A stretch of DNA of 64,000 bases. It comes from Marinicella sp. (lineage in GTDB: Bacteria; Pseudomonadota; Gammaproteobacteria; Xanthomonadales; Marinicellaceae). Made by a program: the position numbers and the translations under genes. Shown piece after piece: positions 40,004 through 48,566 of the stretch. How positions within the stretch are numbered: the first letter of the stretch is position 1; each line of letters opens with the position of its first letter. The stretch spans positions 1,216,001 through 1,280,000 of the forward strand of contig OZ246001.1 of NCBI GenBank assembly GCA_965230295.1, given 5' to 3'. Under the pieces are notes generated by a model that saw only the letters and a program-made list of their open reading frames with translations, did not search any database and had not been told where the DNA came from.

Positions 40004-41141
40004 TTTTCCAGATTTATTGGATCAACACATGCGCAGGATCCGAGCCAGCGCTTCGGCAGTTGCTTTGGAAATCGGGATGAGTCGAGAAGCCGTAAACAAT
40101 TGGCGCAGGGGGTATTCCAAACCAAGCAAGAAACACCGCGACAAGGTGGTTGCTTGCTCAAATTACCTGCGATTAAGTGAAGCGGAATGCAATGAGTTGT
40201 TGGCATCCGTCGGTTTTGATCACGAATATGCCCTGTATCAATCCACCAACCAGTCCCAAGACCACTTGTTCATCCAGCTGGAACAGGCTCAACCATACCC
40301 CATATTGATGGTATTGACTCAGGACCACCTGGACCAACCTCCACAAAAACAACTGATCGTTGAGGCGGCTCAAACCAAATACCCTGATCGCCAGACCCTG
40401 CACGTCCAATTACCTTATTCAAACAACATCACAGTCGCTGATTTTTTTCACTTCATTGGCCAGCAAATGGGATTGATGCAGGTGCATGATGAATTGAGCT
40501 TTGAATTTGCTCTTAATGATCTATTACAGGCCACTGAAATCAATTTGATCATCACCCGTTTTGAACAAGGTAACCAAACATGTCGCAACCTGTTATCCGG
40601 CGTTTTAAGGAATTTATGCGAAATGCACGTCGGACGAATTCATTTGGTTCTGTGTGGCGGCGAACAACTCTCGGCTTTGAAATACGCACAAGGCGATTTA
40701 TCTTTATTGAACATTGCCAGTGCTTACATGATGACTTTTGATTTGGCTCAATGGCTGGCCGTTCAAACAATCATCAATCATTCATTTGATCACCATCAAG
40801 TGATGTATGAACTGATAGGAAATCACCCATCAATGGCCTCTTCCTTATTTGCCGCCATTCAAGAAGGGCACGATCATGAAGCACTCATACAAATGGTGAT
40901 GAACAGTGATGTGCTGTTCAGTGATTTCAATCAAGTCATCCGACAGTCCGGTAAAGCCCCATTGCAAGAAAAATTAACTGCTGACGGTCTGGGACCTTAT
41001 CGACCTTACATCCAAGACCCGGTGCTGCGCCAATTGTTTTGGTTGAATTTAATTGGTAAGAATCAAGACAATCAGCTGGTATGGCATTCAGATACCATCC
41101 GACAGGTGGGCATTAATTTGTTGGCAGAACAATCACTTTGA
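39993..41141 (+). CDS. Xre-type HTH fused to a degenerate (probably inactive) STAND-like NTPase
   Basis: VALEIGMSREAVNNWRRG HTH; NTPase-like strand order with no GxxxxGK; GNHP motif. Confidence 0.7.
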   Translation: MQADFPDLLDQHMRRIRASASAVALEIGMSREAVNNWRRGYSKPSKKHRDKVVACSNYLRLSEAECNELLASVGFDHEYALYQSTNQSQDHLFIQLEQAQPYPILMVLTQDHLDQPPQKQLIVEAAQTKYPDRQTLHVQLPYSNNITVADFFHFIGQQMGLMQVHDELSFEFALNDLLQATEINLIITRFEQGNQTCRNLLSGVLRNLCEMHVGRIHLVLCGGEQLSALKYAQGDLSLLNIASAYMMTFDLAQWLAVQTIINHSFDHHQVMYELIGNHPSMASSLFAAIQEGHDHEALIQMVMNSDVLFSDFNQVIRQSGKAPLQEKLTADGLGPYRPYIQDPVLRQLFWLNLIGKNQDNQLVWHSDTIRQVGINLLAEQSL

Positions 41142-43258
41142 AAGGCGATACATCGATCCAAAGAATCTTACTGATCATTGTGCTCAGCGTTTTGACTTTG
41201 CCTTATGTGATGCAAGTACTGTTGTCCCGAGGCAGCTTGTTACCTGATGAAGCCGAATTAGAAACCTTACAATGGTTCACTGAATTGAAAAGCATCAGAA
41301 ACCTCGTCACCCATCACCAAAATCAAACCAACCAATGGCCACAATCGCTCAACGAACTGATCTACAACTTTGGTAAACCCCGTTACCAAGAACTGGATCT
41401 TTCGATTGAATTTCAAATCACCAGCACACCCGGTAAGCGCATCAAAAGTAACGAATTACAAGGCTCACAAATTGTTTTGAAATATGGCACTGGTTGGCAC
41501 TGCGTGCCTGATAAAACGACCATTCCTGATGCCTACAAACCCATCGAATGTGGCGGTTCATTGCGAAGCACAACCCAACGTTCTTTACCATCGGAAAAGA
41601 CCATGCACATCATTGCCATCATTGCCCTGCTGGGCATTGTGATTGGGGTGGTGTTTTATCACCCAACCATCAGATTATTGCGAGGTCGTGAATTCTCCTT
41701 AGCCACCCAAAGATTGGTGGATCTCAGAAAGCTGTCTCTGTTAACCCGGTTATCAGGTTTACAACCCAACATCCTGCAGGCCAATGATTTGAACAGCCGG
41801 TCCTGGCAGAAGGTTGCTACTTTTCGGTCATTGCCTGCGAAACAAAAGATCAATTGGTTCAAAAGGGTGTGGCCTACCCAACAGATTAAAAATGTCAAAC
41901 CCCAACTGTTTCATGTTCAACTCGACCCTGAGTTTGTATTGAACATGGATAATTTGTATCTCTACATGGCTGACAAGGGCATCAGCATCAATCGCATCAA
42001 AAGCCACCTCAAGCAAGCCAACATAGACCATCAAGCAGTGCTGATTTGGGCAGAAGACCCGGCATTGAGCCAACAATTACAAGTTCATCGGTCTCGGTTC
42101 CAACAGCCCGTTCTACTGCCCAACCAACAGCAAATGACTCAGTTACTGGTGGCCAAATATGCCAGCCAAACATGGATTGATTTGATGGTCTCATTCCTGC
42201 CGATCAACCAATTGTCTCCTTATCAGGGCAAGGGCGGGATTTTAAAATCCAGCCACTTCTATGGACGCGAGCACATTTTAGATCAACTGAAAAACAACAC
42301 CCAATCGTGCTTCTTGTTGGTCGGTGGTCGACAATTGGGTAAGACATCGATTCTCAAAGCTTATGAACGACTGCTGAAACATTCAGCCAGACACCACTGT
42401 TTTTACATTTCCATGTCTGATGATCGATTAATGGCCAGGTTGGCGTACCACTTAAAGATCACTGAATATGCTGATTTGACAGACTTGCTCAACCAATACC
42501 ATCAACTCAATCCTGGTATTGAGTTGGTCTTGCTGCTGGATGAAACAGATCGATTCATCGCGACTGAAGTGACCCATGATTTTCCTTTGTTGGCAGAGGT
42601 TCGCGCGTGTGCTGAACAAGGGTTGGGTCAAATGGTGTTTGCCGGTTTCTGGGATTTGTATGCCAGTGCTGTTTTGGATTACCAGTCACCGATCAGAAAT
42701 TTTGCTGAAGTCATCACTGTAGGCGCTCTTCAAGCCATGCCAGCCAAGCGCTTATTAACAGAACCCATGACTGTTCTGAAACAGCATTACAGCAACCAGG
42801 AAGTGATTGAATATGCGTTGAACCAAACCGGCCATCGGGCCAATTTACTCAACCTGATTGGTGAGTCTTTGGTCGAACAACTGGCCCAAAAAGCGCAGCC
42901 AATCGATCAGACAATGATTGATGAAGCCTTACAAAGTCAGACCATGTTTGATGCCTTACAAGGCTGGTCCCAATTGACCAGAGATCCTGATGCCTCTGCA
43001 TTGGACCGCATGGTTGTGTATCTGACATTTATCCATCAACAAATTGACTTGACACTGATCTTGCAGCATTTACAACAAGCTCAAGTCCCAATCGATGCTG
43101 AACAACTGAAACAAGCATTGCAGCGACTGCGTTTGGCCCACATCTTGGAAAAAAACAACGATCATTACTGTTTTTCAGTGCCATTATTTACTCAACAACA
43201 CAGCGTACAGGAAGCCAAGGCCCTGTTAGCACAAGAGTGCCAAAACCACCACAGTTGA
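41138..43258 (+). CDS. pilin-like domain + TM + STAND-like AAA ATPase + winged helix
   Basis: QWPQS...WHC...IPDAYKPIEC pilin pattern; SPY...FYGRE, GGRQLGKTS Walker A, LLLDETD Walker B; TTG start overlaps the upstream stop. Confidence 0.8.
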   Translation: MKGDTSIQRILLIIVLSVLTLPYVMQVLLSRGSLLPDEAELETLQWFTELKSIRNLVTHHQNQTNQWPQSLNELIYNFGKPRYQELDLSIEFQITSTPGKRIKSNELQGSQIVLKYGTGWHCVPDKTTIPDAYKPIECGGSLRSTTQRSLPSEKTMHIIAIIALLGIVIGVVFYHPTIRLLRGREFSLATQRLVDLRKLSLLTRLSGLQPNILQANDLNSRSWQKVATFRSLPAKQKINWFKRVWPTQQIKNVKPQLFHVQLDPEFVLNMDNLYLYMADKGISINRIKSHLKQANIDHQAVLIWAEDPALSQQLQVHRSRFQQPVLLPNQQQMTQLLVAKYASQTWIDLMVSFLPINQLSPYQGKGGILKSSHFYGREHILDQLKNNTQSCFLLVGGRQLGKTSILKAYERLLKHSARHHCFYISMSDDRLMARLAYHLKITEYADLTDLLNQYHQLNPGIELVLLLDETDRFIATEVTHDFPLLAEVRACAEQGLGQMVFAGFWDLYASAVLDYQSPIRNFAEVITVGALQAMPAKRLLTEPMTVLKQHYSNQEVIEYALNQTGHRANLLNLIGESLVEQLAQKAQPIDQTMIDEALQSQTMFDALQGWSQLTRDPDASALDRMVVYLTFIHQQIDLTLILQHLQQAQVPIDAEQLKQALQRLRLAHILEKNNDHYCFSVPLFTQQHSVQEAKALLAQECQNHHS

Positions 43259-43409
43259 CAAAACGTCAAGTCTACACATCAAGCACTGGACAACATCACC
43301 ACGACACGGTTAATACCTCTTCGTAAAATGCCCATAATCTGATCACGACAGCATACTTTCATGGCTGTTGGTCAGTGTAAACACAACCCATAACCAAAAG
43401 GAAAGAACC

Positions 43410-43910
43410 ATGAAAAATCATTTACCAGTGATCGGCTTGATGGGCTTAATGATCACCCAATGGAGCCAGAGTCATGCTGCAGAAATCAACACAAAAGATG
43501 TCATCGCCATCCATGAATCATTCATCGATGCCATCAAAGATCGGGATTTCACAGTGTATGAAAAGTACTTACACAAAGACACCAAAATTTTTGTTGATTT
43601 AGACCCAGCACCAGGCAATGAATTACAACGAATAGAACTGGATGAATTCAAAGAATTGGCGTTGATGTCATTGCAATTGGCAGATGAGATTGATGTTGTT
43701 GAAGACCTCATCAAAGTGGACCATAACAAACAGAATAACGAAGTGGCCATTTACTCAAGAAGTACAGTTAACATGACCATGATGGGCACCCACATCACTG
43801 AAATTGCTGAAGGAATTACTGTCTACGGGGTGAGAGAAGGGTCAATCAAAATATTGTCCATCAGCGATCAGGTGATTGAATCATCAATCAAAAAAGCCAC
43901 AAATGATTAA
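43410..43910 (+). CDS. secreted NTF2/SnoaL-like fold protein
   Basis: Signal peptide; FIDAIKDRDF...YLHKD NTF2-like pattern. Confidence 0.6.
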   Translation: MKNHLPVIGLMGLMITQWSQSHAAEINTKDVIAIHESFIDAIKDRDFTVYEKYLHKDTKIFVDLDPAPGNELQRIELDEFKELALMSLQLADEIDVVEDLIKVDHNKQNNEVAIYSRSTVNMTMMGTHITEIAEGITVYGVREGSIKILSISDQVIESSIKKATND

Positions 43911-43956
43911 TTATTAAATGTAGAAAATCGGCCTCAGTGGCCACAGGAGCAATACC

Positions 43957-44478
43957 ATGTTAAAAATTAAAGTCAAAGACAGCACCCACCAAGTCATCTC
44001 TGTAATCAGCAAATACTTATGTATCATCGGATTCATTGGAACCGTTGGATTTTTTGGCTACTCGATGATTAAAAATTATCAGGAAGCGACCACCATCTTG
44101 AATGATGCCCAAGTGATTGATGCGGATTTGATGTTGACTGATGTGACTGTTGAAAGTGGTCGCAAAGGCCGGTCCAAAAATGTTTATGAGTTCACTTATT
44201 CTTATGAAGCTGGCGGACAACTGTATGAGAAGTCTTTCACCACCAGTGAAAACAACGCCGATAAATACGTTGATGAAACCACCATCCCGGTGGCCTATGC
44301 CAAATCCAATCCAGAACTGTCCGGCAAACTCAAGCAACTGGAGAAAAACAGCAGCATAGGCAGTTTAACCTGGCGTGGATTGGTGGCCTTGTTGGGTTTG
44401 ATGTTTCTAGCCGCAGTGATACATGGCATCATCACCGGTGTCTTGTTCATCAACAAAGACAATCCAGAAACCGAATAA
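43957..44478 (+). CDS. DUF3592-like membrane protein
   Basis: TM - YEFTYSYEAGG...IPVAYAKSNP - TM. Confidence 0.65.
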   Translation: MLKIKVKDSTHQVISVISKYLCIIGFIGTVGFFGYSMIKNYQEATTILNDAQVIDADLMLTDVTVESGRKGRSKNVYEFTYSYEAGGQLYEKSFTTSENNADKYVDETTIPVAYAKSNPELSGKLKQLEKNSSIGSLTWRGLVALLGLMFLAAVIHGIITGVLFINKDNPETE

Positions 44479-44500
44479 AGTAACTGACTGACACCTCTAA

Positions 44501-44536
44501 GCAGAGGTTTCTGTCTGATCTGGCAGTGACCTCTGC
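44501..44536. terminator. hairpin between convergent genes
   Basis: gcagaggt...acctctgc with inner ctgtc/ggcag pairing. Confidence 0.6.
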
Positions 44537-44538
44537 AC

Positions 44539-46041
44539 TCAAGATTTCACATCTTCTTTAGTTACCCAGATTTCTGTGCGGTTGTTCCGATAACGCCCCA
44601 CTTCACTGTCATTGCTGTCGATGGGCAACTGATTGCCCAAAGCGATTATTTCCACATTTCTGATCCCCCTTTGTTTCAACTCATAAGCCAACAACTTACT
44701 GCGGATGAAAGCCCGTGTTTGGTCGGCTTTTTCATTCTGAGATTCACCCGCCGAAAAACCGATTAAAGTGATTTTCTTGTGCGGTGTTTGATTCAGGTAA
44801 GTCACCAGGTGATTGATGTCTTGAGCAGACTTGTTGTCAATTTCTGCTCGGTCAGATCGCATCCTAAAGGTGGTGGAGAGCCGAACTCCGTTCAATGCAA
44901 TTTGCTGATATTTTATTGGAAATTCATGATCAATATAGGGCAGCGTGCTGGTGATTTTTTGTGGTATAAAACTGACTTGCTCAACCAATTGTTGTCCTGT
45001 GCCCGAAACAGCAAAATCTATCAACCCCGACACATGACTGTTTTCAGAACGTTCTTTATTGGCATACAAAAACAAACGCCGACTGAGGGCATAATCTTCT
45101 GAACTGATTGAAAACTGTTTGGGCTCGATGGCGGCAATCCCCACATCAGCAGATACTTTTAGAATCATGTCTTTTGAGGCATAGGCCAAACCGGTAAAAC
45201 CAATTGCTGATTCGTCAAGAGCCACTGATTTCGCCAACAACTCATTGGATTCATATCGGCTGGCTGGTGCCAGCTGTTTGTTGTATTTTTTTAATACCAG
45301 AGATTTAAAAGTATCATAGGTTCCAGATTGGTCATCCCTGGCATACAATGACATGGGTAAATCTTTTCCTCCTAATTCGGACCAGTTGGTTATTTCACCC
45401 GCAAAGACCTTTGACAATTGATCCACTGTGATAGTTTTTATTGGGTTGCCGGGATGGGTGATGATGGCCAGGCCATCCAATGCAATCACATGTTCGCTTT
45501 CCGAATTGGTCATGTCACCATATTTGATCAACAAATCTAAATTCTCACTGTGTTTAATCCGCCTTGAAGACATCGCCACATCGGTTTTGTTGGCAATCAA
45601 GGATTTGAATCCCGTACTTGATCCATGAGCCTTGATTTCTATGGCCACCACTTTGTTCTGATCTGGCAAAAATCCAATGACCTGCATTTCATTTTCGGTG
45701 GTTAAAGGCTTGCTGATGGTGACCTCTGAACCCAGCTGTCTGATATAGGCTGCAGCCAATGCAGGTGCCAATTTGTCACCAATGGTGTTTGATCCATCCA
45801 TACGTAAAATGACTTCTGCTTGGGCAGTTAACAAATCTGGAGGGGCGAGGCGCGTGGCGGTTTTCTCGACAACTGGTGTTTGGGTTTCAGTTTGAAAGAC
45901 CTCTTGCTGATCAACGGCTTCATCATCGGGATGATTCTCTGTAAAAAATTTAAAATAAAAGACAATGGCACCGAAGATCAAAAAGGCAACGATGAGGATT
46001 TCAAACAAATAACTTTTGATTTGATTCATGACAAAGAACAA
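44539..46041 (-). CDS. PstS-like substrate-binding domain + OmpA-like domain protein
   Basis: DGSNTIG, AHGSSTGF, RDDQSGT; C-terminal GRYRNNRTEIW. Confidence 0.88.
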   Translation of the reverse strand: MFFVMNQIKSYLFEILIVAFLIFGAIVFYFKFFTENHPDDEAVDQQEVFQTETQTPVVEKTATRLAPPDLLTAQAEVILRMDGSNTIGDKLAPALAAAYIRQLGSEVTISKPLTTENEMQVIGFLPDQNKVVAIEIKAHGSSTGFKSLIANKTDVAMSSRRIKHSENLDLLIKYGDMTNSESEHVIALDGLAIITHPGNPIKTITVDQLSKVFAGEITNWSELGGKDLPMSLYARDDQSGTYDTFKSLVLKKYNKQLAPASRYESNELLAKSVALDESAIGFTGLAYASKDMILKVSADVGIAAIEPKQFSISSEDYALSRRLFLYANKERSENSHVSGLIDFAVSGTGQQLVEQVSFIPQKITSTLPYIDHEFPIKYQQIALNGVRLSTTFRMRSDRAEIDNKSAQDINHLVTYLNQTPHKKITLIGFSAGESQNEKADQTRAFIRSKLLAYELKQRGIRNVEIIALGNQLPIDSNDSEVGRYRNNRTEIWVTKEDVKS

Positions 46042-46133
46042 TGATTTAATTAATTGAATTGTTCTCTGGTGTCATTTCAATTTAATGACAAATTAAATGA
46101 TTTATTCTTTTTATTACATTTGTTTCTAAGACA

Positions 46134-46910
46134 TTAGCCACCAAAAAAACAGCCCGGCATGGTTGATTGGATGTCTTCAAAGTCTCGTGAAGTACATTGC
46201 CACACCAATTGGTGGTTTCTCTCTCTGGGAATCAATACGATCTTGCCACCATCAACACCTGATTTAGCTGTGTATTCAATGGTGATGCGACCGCCTTTAG
46301 AAACAGCTATTGATTTCACTGTGTCATTGGCATAAGACTCAGGTCTGGGTAACCTTAACTTGGTGTTTGAATCTGGAAAACGTCCTTCCATCATATAATA
46401 TTCAGCCACATAGGTTTTGATCATCACTCCAGTTTGTAGTCCGGACGCCCGATAACTGGCATGCAATGCTTGTTTTTGTAGCACTTCATATTGAGCTTTC
46501 ATCTGTTGTTCTTGCTGTTGTTTCGCTGCCAAATCTTCAACCACAGCATCCAGTGTTTCTATTTGTCCTTCAATCACTGTGGATTGTTGCTTTGATTCTT
46601 CCATGCGCTGTTCAATCGCTTCAGACTGACGTTTGGATTCTGCCAGGCGTTGATCTAATAAATCACTTTGCTGCTCAGTCGCTTGCAATTGTTGTTCAAG
46701 GATTTGGGCTTGATTTTCCGCGGCTTCAATCAAAGCTTGTTGTTGATTTACTTGTTCAGCATCCTGAGTGCTGACTGACTTTTGTAACTGTTGTAAAGAC
46801 TCGTGCAGTTGATTCCGTTCTTCTAGCCACTGGCGTTTTTGTTGGTGATTGTCATACAACAAATAAGTCACTAACAGAAGTAATAGGCCTGCTGTTATCT
46901 TGATGTACAT
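46134..46910 (-). CDS. membrane-anchored coiled-coil protein with C-terminal type IV pilin domain
   Basis: KTYVAEYYMMEGRFPDSN...GRITIEY...WQC...PGC; long Q/E coiled coil; no prepilin GFTLIE motif. Confidence 0.8.
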   Translation of the reverse strand: MYIKITAGLLLLLVTYLLYDNHQQKRQWLEERNQLHESLQQLQKSVSTQDAEQVNQQQALIEAAENQAQILEQQLQATEQQSDLLDQRLAESKRQSEAIEQRMEESKQQSTVIEGQIETLDAVVEDLAAKQQQEQQMKAQYEVLQKQALHASYRASGLQTGVMIKTYVAEYYMMEGRFPDSNTKLRLPRPESYANDTVKSIAVSKGGRITIEYTAKSGVDGGKIVLIPRERNHQLVWQCTSRDFEDIQSTMPGCFFGG

Positions 46911-46995
46911 GGCATCATACCCTCATTGATTCAAAGCTCAATTGTGTCAGGGAATCGTGGCATACAAATGTCGGTATGATGATGTTTTGAGGCAT

Positions 46996-47520
46996 TCAGA
47001 AATCAAAACCATTGGAAAATATCGGGTCATAGAAAGAATATACGCCTGAATTGGTGCTGGCCCCATGTGACTCTCCACAAGTTCCGCCAGGTCCACTGGT
47101 ATTTTGACATACACCATCTTTGAAACCCTGAATGGTGTGTGACTGTACATTAAAATAGATGTCCATGCCTTCAACCACCCCACCTATCATGGTGGTTACT
47201 GGCGCTTTCCAGATGGTGATTCCTGACTCAGTGACTTGATTGCTGCCATTTACGGCCAGAGTGAAAAACAAAATGGTTGAATTGGTTTGATCCAAGGTTT
47301 GCACACCATCTGAAAAACTGTAAGAGACCAAAATAGGGGTGACATCAACCAGACCGGCATTAGGGGTTATGTTCGATGTTGTGACCACCACACCACTGAT
47401 GTTGTCATTGGTAGAATATTGACCATAAACCTCTTCAAAGTTTTCTGTGTCGATTCCATACACTGCTGCCGAAGCATTGAAAAAACAACCTGTTAATAAT
47501 AACCAAGCCCACTTGCGCAT
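46996..47520 (-). CDS. secreted hypothetical protein ending in DPIFSNGFDF
   Basis: Signal peptide MRKWAWLLLTGCFFNASA; C-terminal motif. Confidence 0.7.
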   Translation of the reverse strand: MRKWAWLLLTGCFFNASAAVYGIDTENFEEVYGQYSTNDNISGVVVTTSNITPNAGLVDVTPILVSYSFSDGVQTLDQTNSTILFFTLAVNGSNQVTESGITIWKAPVTTMIGGVVEGMDIYFNVQSHTIQGFKDGVCQNTSGPGGTCGESHGASTNSGVYSFYDPIFSNGFDF

Positions 47521-47627
47521 AACATCCACCATTTGTGTATCCAACATCAATGATTCTATGCCTGTGCAGTTGATGTGTCAATCAGTGGGGGCAGTATCTA
47601 TTCTTCACTTTGTGGCTAGGACCTGAT

Positions 47628-48419
47628 TTAATTTGATTGATTGATGTGCATTTGCTTGATCAATGAAACCAGAACAAAGCTAAGTAACATCAATAAGAAC
47701 CAAGAAACCAGTTTTGACAAAGAAACCATTTGCCAACCGGCAGCCTGATTAGGATAGATCCAGGTGTTGGTAAAGGTTCCAATATTTTCCGCCAGCCAGA
47801 TAAACAAAGCCACCAAAGTCCAACCCAGCAGCAGCGGCATGTGTCTATATGTATCAATGATTTTAAAATAAATGGTGGTCCGATAAAACATCACAAAAGT
47901 CGCTGTCAACAACAGCCAGCGAATGTCCCATATGAAGTGGTGGGTAAAAAAATTGAGGTAAATCAAAGTGACCAAAATCACTGTATATTTTCTGGCTGGG
48001 TAATGGTCATATCTGAACTCAAATATCCGCCACACTCGGGCCATGTAACTACCCACAGCACTGTACATGAAGCCGGTAAACAAGGGTACATTGCCTATAC
48101 CGAACACATAGGCTTCAGGGTAAGACCAGGAACCTATGGCATCAGAAGTTTTGAACAATTCCATCACTGTGGCCACCGCATGAAACACCACAATGACCAC
48201 CGACTCACGGATGGTTTCCAGTTTGGTTACCAATAAAAAAAACTGGAAGACTATGGCTGATAAAAAAATAAAATCATAACGATGTAGCCCTTCAATCGGG
48301 TACCAGTATTTAGTGATGATGATGACCAACAGCAGAAAGCCACCGAATAAGCAGGCATAGGCTTGTTTCAGACCAAAGATCCAAAATTCATACAGGAATG
48401 TTTTCAGGTGCTTGTTCAT
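47628..48419 (-). CDS. DUF817 (YoaT-like) membrane protein
   Basis: [35 protein letters not shown]. Confidence 0.85.
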   Translation of the reverse strand: MNKHLKTFLYEFWIFGLKQAYACLFGGFLLLVIIITKYWYPIEGLHRYDFIFLSAIVFQFFLLVTKLETIRESVVIVVFHAVATVMELFKTSDAIGSWSYPEAYVFGIGNVPLFTGFMYSAVGSYMARVWRIFEFRYDHYPARKYTVILVTLIYLNFFTHHFIWDIRWLLLTATFVMFYRTTIYFKIIDTYRHMPLLLGWTLVALFIWLAENIGTFTNTWIYPNQAAGWQMVSLSKLVSWFLLMLLSFVLVSLIKQMHINQSN

Positions 48420-48526
48420 CAGCAGTCGTCATGTATTGATAAGTTGACTGCATCTTAAAACGTATTTAAGTCCTTGAGGTGGCGAATTAGTGATTAAATA
48501 TGTCCTTACATTTTCTCGGAGAATCA

Positions 48527-48553
48527 GACAGCCTGATGAATCATCAGGCTGTC
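48527..48553 (-). terminator. stem-loop downstream of the AbgT gene
   Basis: gacagcctgatg...catcaggctgtc inverted repeat. Confidence 0.7.
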
Positions 48554-48566
48554 CAATGAACGCGCC

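Noticed and set aside
23485-46910. comM + ComEC-like MBL + pilin-domain genes as a competence cluster
   Set aside because: Genes are scattered among unrelated core genes, the MBL lacks the ComEC membrane domain, and the pilins lack prepilin cleavage sites
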